NCBI GenBank assembly: GCA_013815775.1
Contig: JACDFN010000004.1
Location: 1 to 51,610 of the forward strand
Direction: 5' to 3'
Source: Candidatus Saccharimonadota bacterium
GTDB taxonomy: Bacteria; Patescibacteriota; Saccharimonadia; Saccharimonadales; UBA10212
Length of the DNA stretch: 51,610 bases
In this document: piece after piece, positions 25,430 through 33,704 of the stretch
How positions within the stretch are numbered: position 1 is the first letter of the stretch
Layout of the letters: every line of letters begins with the position of its first letter
Notes under the pieces: model-generated
What the model saw: the letters and a program-made list of their open reading frames with translations, nothing else
Database searches by the model: none
Told to the model about the DNA's origin: nothing
Program-made: the position numbers and the translations under genes

Positions 25430-26655
25430 TGTGGAGCGGAAACGTTAAAGCAGCCGTGAACAGCCTTCGGACATCTAAATGGCGCAGTTTGCTAACAATG
25501 CTGGGTATTATTATCGGTGTCAGCTCAGTAGTTACCATAGTTAGCCTTGGTCAAGGATTAAAAAATCAAATTTTAGGTCAGATAAATCAACTGGGCAGCG
25601 ATGTAGTGACTGTTCGTTCAGGCAAGATAGTAAACGAAGATAACGGTGGTGGCAGTAGTCTTAATTTCCTAGGTCTATTTAGTGCCAGTACCCTAAGTGA
25701 CGCTGATGTTACCGCCTTAAAAGAGCTACCATCGGCAAAAGCAGTCGTACCCATGGCCTTTGTTACCAACTCGGCTAAATCAGGTAATAGCCAGCTTGAT
25801 AATGTATTCGTTATTGGAACTAGCCCTGAAATGTCTCAAGTCTTAAACCAAAAAGTAAAGTACGGGGAATTTTTTACACAGGATAGTGAGGACACAAATT
25901 TCGCAGTAATCGGGCCAAATATTGCCCACAAAATTTACGGCGAGCTAAACCCCGTCGGACAGTCTATAGAAGTACTGGGAGAGAGTTTCGTAATCCGTGG
26001 CATACTGTCACAAAGCTCAGGGGGCTTATTCTCGATAGCTCAAACCGACTTCAATTCCGCCGTTTTCATACCATTTTCGCACGCTAAAAGACTTACGGAT
26101 AACCGTTTAAATATTTTGCAAATAGTAGTACGTGGCCAAAACCCGGATAATCTAGACCCGACCATAGAAGAAGTCAAAAAAACACTTCTTAGTACTCACA
26201 AAGGGCAAGAAAATTTCAGTGTTCTAAAACAATACGAACTCCTAAGTATCGCCAGCGGGGTAGTTAACACCATCACTGGCTTCATATCCGGTATCGCGGC
26301 TATTTCCTTGCTGGTTGGGGGCATTGGAATAATGAATATTATGTTGGTAAGTGTCAGCGAGCGCACTCGTGAAATCGGCATTAGAAAAGCACTAGGTGCC
26401 ACAAATCGCCAGATCTTAAGTCAATTTTTAGTGGAGGGCATGGCATTATCCATTGGTGGCGGACTCATAGGTATTATCGCTTCTGCCGTTATCTATTTCG
26501 GGCTAAGGATATATACAGACCTGCAGCCGGTTATTACTCTACCTGTGGTTGCCTTGGCGGTCTTAGTTTCGGTAAGTCTGGGTATTATTTTTAGCGTTGC
26601 TCCGGCACTCAAGGCCGCCCGCAAGGACCCCATTCAAGCATTAAGAGGTGATTAA
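25429..26655 (+). CDS. ABC transporter permease (MacB-like, FtsX domain)
   Basis: N-terminal TM helix, a large periplasmic-type domain, and a C-terminal FtsX block (ISLLVGGIGIMNIMLVSVSERTREIGIRKALGA). TAATG overlap with the ATPase gene. Confidence 0.9.
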   Translation: MWSGNVKAAVNSLRTSKWRSLLTMLGIIIGVSSVVTIVSLGQGLKNQILGQINQLGSDVVTVRSGKIVNEDNGGGSSLNFLGLFSASTLSDADVTALKELPSAKAVVPMAFVTNSAKSGNSQLDNVFVIGTSPEMSQVLNQKVKYGEFFTQDSEDTNFAVIGPNIAHKIYGELNPVGQSIEVLGESFVIRGILSQSSGGLFSIAQTDFNSAVFIPFSHAKRLTDNRLNILQIVVRGQNPDNLDPTIEEVKKTLLSTHKGQENFSVLKQYELLSIASGVVNTITGFISGIAAISLLVGGIGIMNIMLVSVSERTREIGIRKALGATNRQILSQFLVEGMALSIGGGLIGIIASAVIYFGLRIYTDLQPVITLPVVALAVLVSVSLGIIFSVAPALKAARKDPIQALRGD

Positions 26656-26691
26656 ACTACTAACCTTCTAGGGTTTCTGCTATTAAGCTAA

Positions 26692-26711
26692 TGCTTTGGT
26701 GGCCCAAAGCA
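26692..26711. terminator. Hairpin between convergent genes (TGCTTTGG-TGGC-CCAAAGCA)
   Basis: Perfect 8 bp stem directly between the permease stop and the isomerase stop. The T-tracts are weak. Confidence 0.45.
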
Positions 26712-26713
26712 GG

Positions 26714-27745
26714 TTATTTGTTGAGTTCGGTTTTGAATTTCTCGACCAAATCTACCGGCCCAGGATCCACGTTATTCAATAGAGCCAAGTATAGAGACAC
26801 AAAGTCGCCAAAATTAACTGCCCATAAAAGCTGCTCAAGTAAGGTTTCACCTTGCACCTCAACCACATTGGGAGCCGGTCTTCGGCCGGATAACAGTCGC
26901 TCGCCGACCTCGAACCGTTTTTGGACCCTGTCATGCTCTAGGTTGCTGCGAAGCTCCACGATACCGTAGGGCTTATCTACCGGATGACTGCTCCAACCGA
27001 TAAATTCATTGTGGTTAAACTCCGGTAGCCGATTCCACCAAGCCACTGACTTGGAATTTTCATTAAAGCTAATTTTCCACTTATAAGCAGCCGGGGCTAG
27101 CAAAGATCCGGCGTAAATTACTGGAGACTTACCGGCAAGTTCGTTTGCCAATTTCTTGGCTGGATTTTTAGTCTTTGGCACGGTGACAGACCAGTTTGAG
27201 ACAGACTCTCTTAGGAAATTGGCTGCTTTTTTCATCTCTTCTGATGTTTTTAGGAGATCAACGGCTCCAATAGCACCTAGAGTTGTAGTTAGAGCATTGA
27301 GGCTGTAGAAGACTCCGTACCTGGGTTGTGAAACTTTAGGTAGAAGTATAAAAGGATATGTTTTTTGCTCGGCGATTTCCTGCAACTTACCGCCACCAGT
27401 AATTACTACGATTGTTGCCTTATGGCTTTCGGCTTCGCCTAGTGCGTAAAGTGTTTCTTCAGTATTGCCCGATGCGCTGGAAGCAATAAATAAGGTTTTA
27501 TCAGATACGTAAGCCGGTATTTGGTATTGTCGGCAAACTTCGAAAGGTGTTTTATATCCCGGCCAACTCCTCCCAATCAAAGCAGCTAAAGCAGACCCGC
27601 CCATACCAGCGAAGACAATGTTATCAAATTGCCTGGAAATTTTAGGAGCCTCAAATTCGTACTCCAGTTGTTGCCACTGCTTTTCAGCTATACCAAGAGC
27701 GTCCTGGCTATCTCGGTGATGAATGTATTTTAAGTCGTCAAGCAT
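26714..27745 (-). CDS. Bifunctional phosphoglucose/phosphomannose isomerase (SIS domain)
   Basis: 343 aa with SIS motifs FAGMGGSALAA and FIASSASGNTEET, and a C-terminal bact-PGI-like region. Confidence 0.8.
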   Translation of the reverse strand: MLDDLKYIHHRDSQDALGIAEKQWQQLEYEFEAPKISRQFDNIVFAGMGGSALAALIGRSWPGYKTPFEVCRQYQIPAYVSDKTLFIASSASGNTEETLYALGEAESHKATIVVITGGGKLQEIAEQKTYPFILLPKVSQPRYGVFYSLNALTTTLGAIGAVDLLKTSEEMKKAANFLRESVSNWSVTVPKTKNPAKKLANELAGKSPVIYAGSLLAPAAYKWKISFNENSKSVAWWNRLPEFNHNEFIGWSSHPVDKPYGIVELRSNLEHDRVQKRFEVGERLLSGRRPAPNVVEVQGETLLEQLLWAVNFGDFVSLYLALLNNVDPGPVDLVEKFKTELNK

Positions 27746-27827
27746 AAGCTAATTTGATTCCCCTGGCTGTTTAGATATAATTGTAATTGATTATAAAAAA
27801 TACTCATAGCTTAGCTTAGGGGGTGGC

Positions 27828-28451
27828 ATGTTCGGACTTTCAGGTAACAACGATCAACGAGGTGACTTAACAACGGGACAATATAACGATTCGGGTCCCC
27901 AGGCGGCAGTACCTTCACAGACACCGCCCACTTTAGACGGTAACTATGAAAGTGGAGCCGACGTAAGTATCAAACCAAAAGTTTCCAAATTTGCCTCAAC
28001 TGCACCACCCCTTGCAGAAAATACTTCTCCAGATCCTGTACCACAGATGGGAGTGCTTCCCGACCCTGTCCCACCACCAAGCTTGAGCCCAAGCAACAGC
28101 TTTACCCTCTCCCCTGATCCAGGGACAGCAAGCAATGATTCAGCCAAGCCGATGGCTTCACCTTTAATGGACGGCCACTCCAACGAAGAACTGCTTAAAA
28201 TGAAGCAACAAGCTCTGCAAAGCCTAGCCCCACTGATTGATCACTTGGAGCAAACTCCTGAAGAAAAATTTAAAACAACAATGATGCTTATTCAGGCTTC
28301 TGATAATGCAGAGTTAGTAAAAGAAGCCTATCAAGCAGCCGACCAAATCAGCGATGATAAAACCCGAGCAGCAGCACTACTAGATGTCATTAACGAAATA
28401 AACTACTTCACTAAACAAGACGCGAAACCTCCTGAAACTAGTCCTAGCTAG
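27828..28451 (+). CDS. Hypothetical protein with a Pro/Ser-rich disordered N-half and a helical C-half
   Basis: ORF preceded by a GGGGG run. Low-complexity PDPVPPPSLSPS segment. No family recognised. Confidence 0.5.
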   Translation: MFGLSGNNDQRGDLTTGQYNDSGPQAAVPSQTPPTLDGNYESGADVSIKPKVSKFASTAPPLAENTSPDPVPQMGVLPDPVPPPSLSPSNSFTLSPDPGTASNDSAKPMASPLMDGHSNEELLKMKQQALQSLAPLIDHLEQTPEEKFKTTMMLIQASDNAELVKEAYQAADQISDDKTRAAALLDVINEINYFTKQDAKPPETSPS

Positions 28452-28869
28452 TCATCCGCGCTGAGCGGCGTAAGCTGATCACATAATGTAGACCGGCGGC
28501 GGCTAAACTAGTTCCGATAAATAAAGCGGCAATGTCACCGGGGCCACTGTCTACAATTGTACTGGGTGGGTTGGGGCTTGGACTTGGACCAGAACCTTGA
28601 GTAGGTAGTGTTCCGGATTGCGGGTTAGCGCCTTGCTGAGTGGGCGAACTGTCCTGTTTAATCGGAGCAACTGGTGTTGGCTCTGCATCGTTTCCAATAA
28701 TTGATCGATAAGCCCAACGACCAACATAGAATAAAATCAAGGCGATAAGCAGCGCTGCCGCCAGAGCCGCTAGCATCATAGGCCAACGCCGTTCATTAGT
28801 GTCGTTAAATTCAATTTGGGATAAACTATTCCCACTTTGGTCCACGTTTCGGCGTCTAAATAATGCCAT
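28444..28869 (-). CDS. Hypothetical membrane protein (two TM helices flanking a Pro-rich loop)
   Basis: TM helices MMLAALAAALLIALILFYV and IAALFIGTSLAAAGLHYVI. Confidence 0.5.
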   Translation of the reverse strand: MALFRRRNVDQSGNSLSQIEFNDTNERRWPMMLAALAAALLIALILFYVGRWAYRSIIGNDAEPTPVAPIKQDSSPTQQGANPQSGTLPTQGSGPSPSPNPPSTIVDSGPGDIAALFIGTSLAAAGLHYVISLRRSARMTS

Positions 28870-29026
28870 AGGTTTAACTCCTTACATCCCGATTCTACAA
28901 CCTTTTATCAAACTAACCAAAAGCGCATACAAATATTTTTCGGGAAGAGCAGCAGTTCTGCTGCAAGCGGAAGCTGAATTTATTTCAGCAGCTGCGATGA
29001 GGAACCCCGGGGGGTGTCTCATGTGG

Positions 29027-30667
29027 TTACATCATTCCCATGCCGCCGCCCATATCAGGGGGGGCGGCAGAAGTTTTTTCGGGGACATCGACAACTAAAG
29101 CACCCATGGTCATAGCCGTTCCTGCTATACTGGCGGCGTTTTGTAGAGCTTCTTTGGCAACTCGCGCTGGATCAACGATACCTCCAGCTTTGAGATCTAT
29201 AAGTTTGACCGGCTTGTTAACGTCTACACCCTGTCCAGCTTTACCGCTTTTTACTTTAGGCAGCCACTCATCGGCATTTAGTCCGGCATTGGTCAGTAGG
29301 ATGCGAAACGGCTGCTCTAGGGCGCTTTTTAAGATTTGCTTACCCGCAGCAACTGAATCACTGCCATCTACCTTAATGAAACTAGCCAGGTTTATGAACG
29401 TTACTCCACCCCCTGCAACTATCCCCTCGTCCATGGCCGCCTTAACAGCGTGTACAGCGTCGTCGACACGGAACTTTTTTTCTTCAATCTCAGTCTCAGT
29501 AGCTCCACCAACCTTGATGACAGCAACTTTTCCGGACAATGCGGCACGACGTTTTTCTAGGTTCTCTTTGTCGTATTCGCTAGTTGCCGCTTCAATCTGC
29601 TTGTTTATCTGGTCTATGCGAGCTTTTATAGCTGACTTTGAGCCACCACCTTCTACGATTGTAGTCTCGTCTTTAGTAACAATTACTTTGCGAGCCGTTC
29701 CTACAGCCGATATATCGGCGTTCTCAAAAGTTATTCCAACATCCTCTGAAATTACTTCTCCACCAGTCAGAATAGCAATATCTTGCAAGATTTCTTTGCG
29801 ACGATCACCGAAGGCTGGAGCTTTGACGGCTACAGTGTTAAAGACGCCCTTCAGCTTATTGAGAACCAGCGTCCCAAGTGCTTCTCCCTCAACATCATCG
29901 GCAATTAATACCAAGTCCTTTTTACCGGCTTGAGCTAGTTTTTCAAGCATTGGCAGAAAATCTTGAATAGAGCTGACCTTTTGGTCGGTAATCAAGATTG
30001 CCGGCTTCTCATATACGGCCTCCATACGGGCTGTGTCGGTCACCATGTAGGGACTAACGTATCCGCGGTCCATAGTAAAACCTTCCACGACTTCGCTTTC
30101 CATAGCCAGTCCCTGGCCCTCTTCAACCGTTACAACGCCGTCTTTGCCTACATTTTCCATTACCTCAGCTATCAGTTTTCCTATTTCACTATCGCCTGCA
30201 GAAATTGTTGCTACCTCCGCTACCCGGTTCTTCTTACCGACCACAGCTTCGCTTAGGCCACCAAGCTGTGAAAGAGCATCGTTTGTTGCTGCTTCTAAGC
30301 CCTTGCGCAACATCATTGGGCTGTGACCAGCGGCAATAAGCTTATTGGCTTCGTTTAAAATGTGATAAGTCAAAACGGTCACGGTAGTTGTACCATCACC
30401 TGCTACATCGTTCATTTTGCTGGCCGCTTGCTTTATTAACTCAGCTCCAACTTTGTAGCCAAGCGTTTCATCATCATTGTCTTGAAGTTCAACCCCCTTG
30501 GCTACCGTCACTCCGTCATGGGTAACCGTTGGATTACCGTAACTTTTGCTAATTACTACGTTACGTCCTTTTGGACCCATAGTGGTCTTTACTGCATCAT
30601 AAAGTACTTGTGCTCCGCCCAATACTCGGCGCCGAGCGTCATCATCATAAAAAACTTTTTTTGCCAT
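29027..30667 (-). CDS. groL: Chaperonin GroEL
   Basis: MAKKVFYDDDARRR...AGDGTTTVTVL... with a C-terminal GGGMGMM tail. Confidence 0.98.
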   Translation of the reverse strand: MAKKVFYDDDARRRVLGGAQVLYDAVKTTMGPKGRNVVISKSYGNPTVTHDGVTVAKGVELQDNDDETLGYKVGAELIKQAASKMNDVAGDGTTTVTVLTYHILNEANKLIAAGHSPMMLRKGLEAATNDALSQLGGLSEAVVGKKNRVAEVATISAGDSEIGKLIAEVMENVGKDGVVTVEEGQGLAMESEVVEGFTMDRGYVSPYMVTDTARMEAVYEKPAILITDQKVSSIQDFLPMLEKLAQAGKKDLVLIADDVEGEALGTLVLNKLKGVFNTVAVKAPAFGDRRKEILQDIAILTGGEVISEDVGITFENADISAVGTARKVIVTKDETTIVEGGGSKSAIKARIDQINKQIEAATSEYDKENLEKRRAALSGKVAVIKVGGATETEIEEKKFRVDDAVHAVKAAMDEGIVAGGGVTFINLASFIKVDGSDSVAAGKQILKSALEQPFRILLTNAGLNADEWLPKVKSGKAGQGVDVNKPVKLIDLKAGGIVDPARVAKEALQNAASIAGTAMTMGALVVDVPEKTSAAPPDMGGGMGMM

Positions 30668-30679
30668 TAACTAGTCTCC

Positions 30680-30973
30680 TTACTTAACGGTTGCTAATAT
30701 ATCTTCTTCTTTAACCAGTATGTACTCTGTGCCATCAATTTTAAGTTCTGTGGTTGAGTAACTTTTATACACTATGCGATCCCCAACTTTGACGCTAACT
30801 GGTATTCGCTCGTTGTCATCGCCTACTTTCCCTGGGCCGGTAGCTAAAACCTTAGCTACTTTCGGCTTTTCAGCAGCTTTATCTGGTAAATATATGCCGC
30901 TTGCTGTCTTAGTAATAGCTTCCTCTTGTTCAGCGACTACCCAGTCAGCCAGTGGTTGCAATTTTACTGCCAT
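30680..30973 (-). CDS. groS: Co-chaperonin GroES
   Basis: MAVKLQPLADWVVAEQEE...GIYLPD... ATG 30973 is preceded by AGGAGA. The ORF track begins at an upstream TTG. Confidence 0.96.
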   Translation of the reverse strand: MAVKLQPLADWVVAEQEEAITKTASGIYLPDKAAEKPKVAKVLATGPGKVGDDNERIPVSVKVGDRIVYKSYSTTELKIDGTEYILVKEEDILATVK

Positions 30974-31033
30974 ATACAATCTCCTCTAATTAGCATGATT
31001 TAAATGAGTTTTCGTCCGTCTCACACGGTCGAG

Positions 31034-31060
31034 CTAGCACTCATAATACCCGAGTGCCAA
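31034..31060 (-). promoter_or_regulatory. CIRCE operator (HrcA binding site)
   Basis: CTAGCACTC-N9-GAGTGCCAA versus the consensus TTAGCACTC-N9-GAGTGCTAA, located about 60 nt upstream of groES. Confidence 0.85.
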
Positions 31061-31072
31061 AACGGCTGTCAA
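31043..31072 (-). promoter_or_regulatory. groESL promoter TTGACA-18 nt-TATTAT overlapping CIRCE
   Basis: On the minus strand, -35 is at 31072-31067 and -10 is at 31048-31043. Confidence 0.65.
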
Positions 31073-31129
31073 TAGAAAATTTTGCCTGTTTACTCTGTTT
31101 ATGCTCATGCTTGCAAAAGATAAATAATA

Positions 31130-31157
31130 TTGACTGAAATAAATTTGGGTTTATAAT
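31130..31157 (+). promoter_or_regulatory. Promoter TTGACT-16 nt-TATAAT driving the GC-rich unit
   Basis: -35 at 31130-31135 and -10 at 31152-31157. It is divergent from the groES promoter. Confidence 0.6.
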
Positions 31158-31197
31158 TTATATTAGTCAGGTCAGTCACCGATCCTAGGAGGGTGTT

Positions 31198-31620
31198 TTG
31201 ACAGATGTACCGTCTCGCCAAACCGTGGCCGTGCAGTTTGGACCGACTGAGGGGCATACCCCGATGGTCTGTATTGCACAAGGGAAATCCGAAGAGCTGC
31301 CGCCAAACCTGCGGCACGAACTCTGCGAGCACCTTGCCTATCACCTGCAAAGGATGGCCGAGGTAATCGAGGATACTCCGTACCACGGCAAGAAGCACCC
31401 GCGCACCTTCGCGATCATCAAGTTTGCTCCGGGGGTAAGGGCCCACGAGGCCCTCAAGACCGTAAGACGTGTCGTTGCGTGGTTCTTCGAGAATCTGGCA
31501 CCTAGCGCCCACAGACGCACCGCCCGATACATGAAGAAGCTCCACAAGAAGGAGCAGAAGGAACGGCGGTCCACAGGACGCGCTCACTGCCGAGAGCGAA
31601 AGTTTGCTTTCGCCAGGTGA
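31198..31620 (+). CDS. Hypothetical protein (140 aa ORFan with a very basic C-terminal tail), compositionally foreign
   Basis: AGGAGG at 31187-31192, 5 nt before TTG 31198. Third codon positions are G/C-rich. Lys codons are AAG x10 and AAA x1. A codon-aligned antisense shadow ORF is present. No family recognised. Confidence 0.6.
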   Translation: MTDVPSRQTVAVQFGPTEGHTPMVCIAQGKSEELPPNLRHELCEHLAYHLQRMAEVIEDTPYHGKKHPRTFAIIKFAPGVRAHEALKTVRRVVAWFFENLAPSAHRRTARYMKKLHKKEQKERRSTGRAHCRERKFAFAR

Positions 31621-31808
31621 GACGGAAATTCGGGCCCAGAGCCCGATCCCAACTAGGGTCTACCGAAGGAGGTTAATAAGAAAAAGCTAAGGGGTGTCTC
31701 CGGACAACTGAAGCTGCCAGCAACACGCGCTGAGTAAATCCCGTCAAAGTTTTCGGAAATAACCTACCGGATATCGGACAACTAGACTACTACACACAGA
31801 CCTGACTA

Positions 31809-31850
31809 GCCGCGTGCCCCCTCCGGGGGCCGCGGCGCTTTACTTTTTTA
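31809..31850 (+). terminator. Rho-independent terminator
   Basis: GCCGCG(T)GCCCCC-loop-GGGGGCCGCGGC forms a 12 bp G/C stem with one bulge, followed by GCTTTACTTTTTT. Confidence 0.8.
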
Positions 31851-31869
31851 GGCTGATATACTGGCGTCA

Positions 31870-32664
31870 ATGCCTAAAACTGTACTAATGTGTCCGCCAA
31901 CTTATTTCGACATCGAGTACGAAATCAATCCCTGGATGCATCAAGAGGACCAACCGACTAGTGAATCCGCGAGTGAACAGTGGCGTAAGCTTTATAATAT
32001 TTACACTCAAAGATTAGGTTGGCACGTTGAGCTCGCCGAACCAGTTAAGGGCTTGCCGGATATGGTTTTTGCGACCGATTGTTCTTTGGTGATTGACGAT
32101 AGAGTTATGCTTAGTAGCTTTCTATATAAAGAGCGCCAGCCCGAAACCGCTTATTTTGAAGCATGGTTCAAAGATCATGGTTATAAAAATTTGGCTAAAG
32201 CTAAGAATTTTTTTGAAGGTGGAGGGGACACCCTGCTTTTTGGCGATAAAATCATCGCCGGATATGGTTTTCGCTCCTCCTTAGAGTCTCACGATGAACT
32301 AAGGGAGTATTTTAGCCGAGAAGTTGTATCGCTACGTATTATAGACCCCAATTTTTATCATTTAGATACCTCCCTAACTGTCCTTTCTGACAATTCGGTA
32401 GCCTATTATCCAGGGGCAATTGATGAAGACAGCCAGCAGCGCCTGCGCGCAGCCGTACCCCACCTAATTGAAGCTACCTTAGACGAAGCTAGAGGTTTTG
32501 GGCTCAACGCAACAAGTGATGGGAAAACAATTATATGTAGCGATGAATCTAAAACTCTGCTTCAAAAATATAAAGACGCCGGCTTTGAAGTCATAGGGAC
32601 ACCCATCTTAGAGTTCAGAAAGTCCGGCGGAGGAGTTAAGTGCCTCACCCTAGAGCTCCGCTAG
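31870..32664 (+). CDS. Amidinotransferase/DDAH-family guanidino-group-modifying enzyme
   Basis: N-terminal VLMCPPTYFDIEYEINPWM and C-terminal GGGVKCLTLEL (catalytic Cys context) are typical of this superfamily. At 264 aa it is too short for ArcA. Confidence 0.75.
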   Translation: MPKTVLMCPPTYFDIEYEINPWMHQEDQPTSESASEQWRKLYNIYTQRLGWHVELAEPVKGLPDMVFATDCSLVIDDRVMLSSFLYKERQPETAYFEAWFKDHGYKNLAKAKNFFEGGGDTLLFGDKIIAGYGFRSSLESHDELREYFSREVVSLRIIDPNFYHLDTSLTVLSDNSVAYYPGAIDEDSQQRLRAAVPHLIEATLDEARGFGLNATSDGKTIICSDESKTLLQKYKDAGFEVIGTPILEFRKSGGGVKCLTLELR

Positions 32665-32673
32665 TTTAGATAA

Positions 32674-33666
32674 CTACTTTATTAAAGTAGTGTAATTAGT
32701 TACAAGTTCTCCTATAGAGGAGGATTTTCTTCGTAAATCTATGTATTGCTCTATACCGATGCCGTTAATTCTTTCAATCCGGTCATCCACAGGCTCTATA
32801 GGCTCCCACGAGCCTGAAGGCATGTATAAAAGCTTATGATTACGTAAATCTTCAGCAAGCTGATAAACTTCTCGCTTAAGTTGTCTGCCCTTCAAGTCGG
32901 GTTCCCGGAATGGAGCACTAAGCCAATATTTTCCCGTGCGTTGCCTTGAACTATTTGATGCCCCAGACCTGCTAGTGTCTCTATTGCCAACTAAGCGCCC
33001 GGTAGTTTCACGGTCGCTATACCAAACCGGTAGCTGGGTGTTGGTGCGAACGCCAGTCCGGTCGTTTCCTTTAACCCCCCCGTCCATCCAATAAGCTTTA
33101 GATATATGCTTAGCATCCGGAAAAGCTTTAGCAAGTATTTTATGAGCCATTTCAGCTGTATCGCCAGATACTCTGACTTCATCAACTACCATTACGTTTT
33201 TACCTGAGAGTAAAGATTGATCTTCTTTATCGCTATGGCCTTTGATCGGTGCGTAAAGATCTCTTAGCTCTTCGAGTCTTTTTGGGGGTAAATTATCAAC
33301 GTTTATTCCGCCAACTTCATCTTCTGAGCGCCCAAGTATTGCACCCCATTGCTCTCTATCAATATTAAGAAATTTAATTTCTGGTTTTTTAAGAGGTTCA
33401 CCTGACAAATCTCTAGATGGAGCTAAAACATCCCAAAGCTCGTTAACCATCCAGGCGACTGGACGAGCTGATTTATCCAAGAAAATAGCTACATCCGTTC
33501 CCTTGTCAACCATCTGGCAAATAAGACCATCGGTTAATCGAAGATATTCGGCGCGTAGTTCAGGAGTCGTTAGAACTTCATATTTATTTTCGTTTTTATT
33601 TTCGTTCTCTGGTGTAACGCTACTTTCTATGTCGTAGTTATCACCCGAGCTTGGGAGTAATTCCAT
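32674..33666 (-). CDS. Phosphoribosyltransferase-domain protein
   Basis: PRPP-binding-like motif NVMVVDEVRVSGDTAEMA. ATG 33666 (MELLPSS) is preferred over the upstream TTG. Confidence 0.6.
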   Translation of the reverse strand: MELLPSSGDNYDIESSVTPENENKNENKYEVLTTPELRAEYLRLTDGLICQMVDKGTDVAIFLDKSARPVAWMVNELWDVLAPSRDLSGEPLKKPEIKFLNIDREQWGAILGRSEDEVGGINVDNLPPKRLEELRDLYAPIKGHSDKEDQSLLSGKNVMVVDEVRVSGDTAEMAHKILAKAFPDAKHISKAYWMDGGVKGNDRTGVRTNTQLPVWYSDRETTGRLVGNRDTSRSGASNSSRQRTGKYWLSAPFREPDLKGRQLKREVYQLAEDLRNHKLLYMPSGSWEPIEPVDDRIERINGIGIEQYIDLRRKSSSIGELVTNYTTLIK

Positions 33667-33704
33667 ATTTCTATAGTACCACAAAACTAAATAAATATCA
33701 AGTG

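Noticed and set aside
29040-29933. 297 aa + strand ORF inside groEL, plus similar antisense ORFs in polA, rpoD, dnaG, the PGI isomerase, valS and gdh
   Set aside because: These are shadow ORFs on the opposite strand of confidently identified, highly conserved genes. Their products are Ser/Pro/Ala-rich nonsense.
31105-31587. 160 aa and 77 aa minus-strand ORFs in the GC-rich unit
   Set aside because: They are codon-aligned antisense shadows of the GC3-rich + strand ORF. The 160 aa ORF would also have to start inside the plus-strand promoter region and has no SD.
31640-31760. A guanidine-I (ykkC) or other riboswitch controlling the downstream guanidino-group enzyme
   Set aside because: There are only loose resemblances (CTAGGGTCTACCG, ACGCGCTGAGTAAATCCCG) to the remembered consensus (CTAGGGTTCCG...GGTCCGAGAG...ACGGCGGGA). 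The key blocks are absent. The terminator is better explained as ending the upstream unit.
31160-31860. The GC-rich island as tmRNA, RNase P RNA, SRP RNA or 6S RNA
   Set aside because: It has no tRNA-like GGTTCGAATCC T-arm or CCA end, so it is not tmRNA. It has no GGAAAGTCCGG / ACAGAAA-type RNase P blocks and no SRP domain IV GGAA/AGCA motif. At ~640 nt it is too long for 6S RNA. The strong triplet periodicity (GC3, AAG bias) over 31198-31620 indicates coding.
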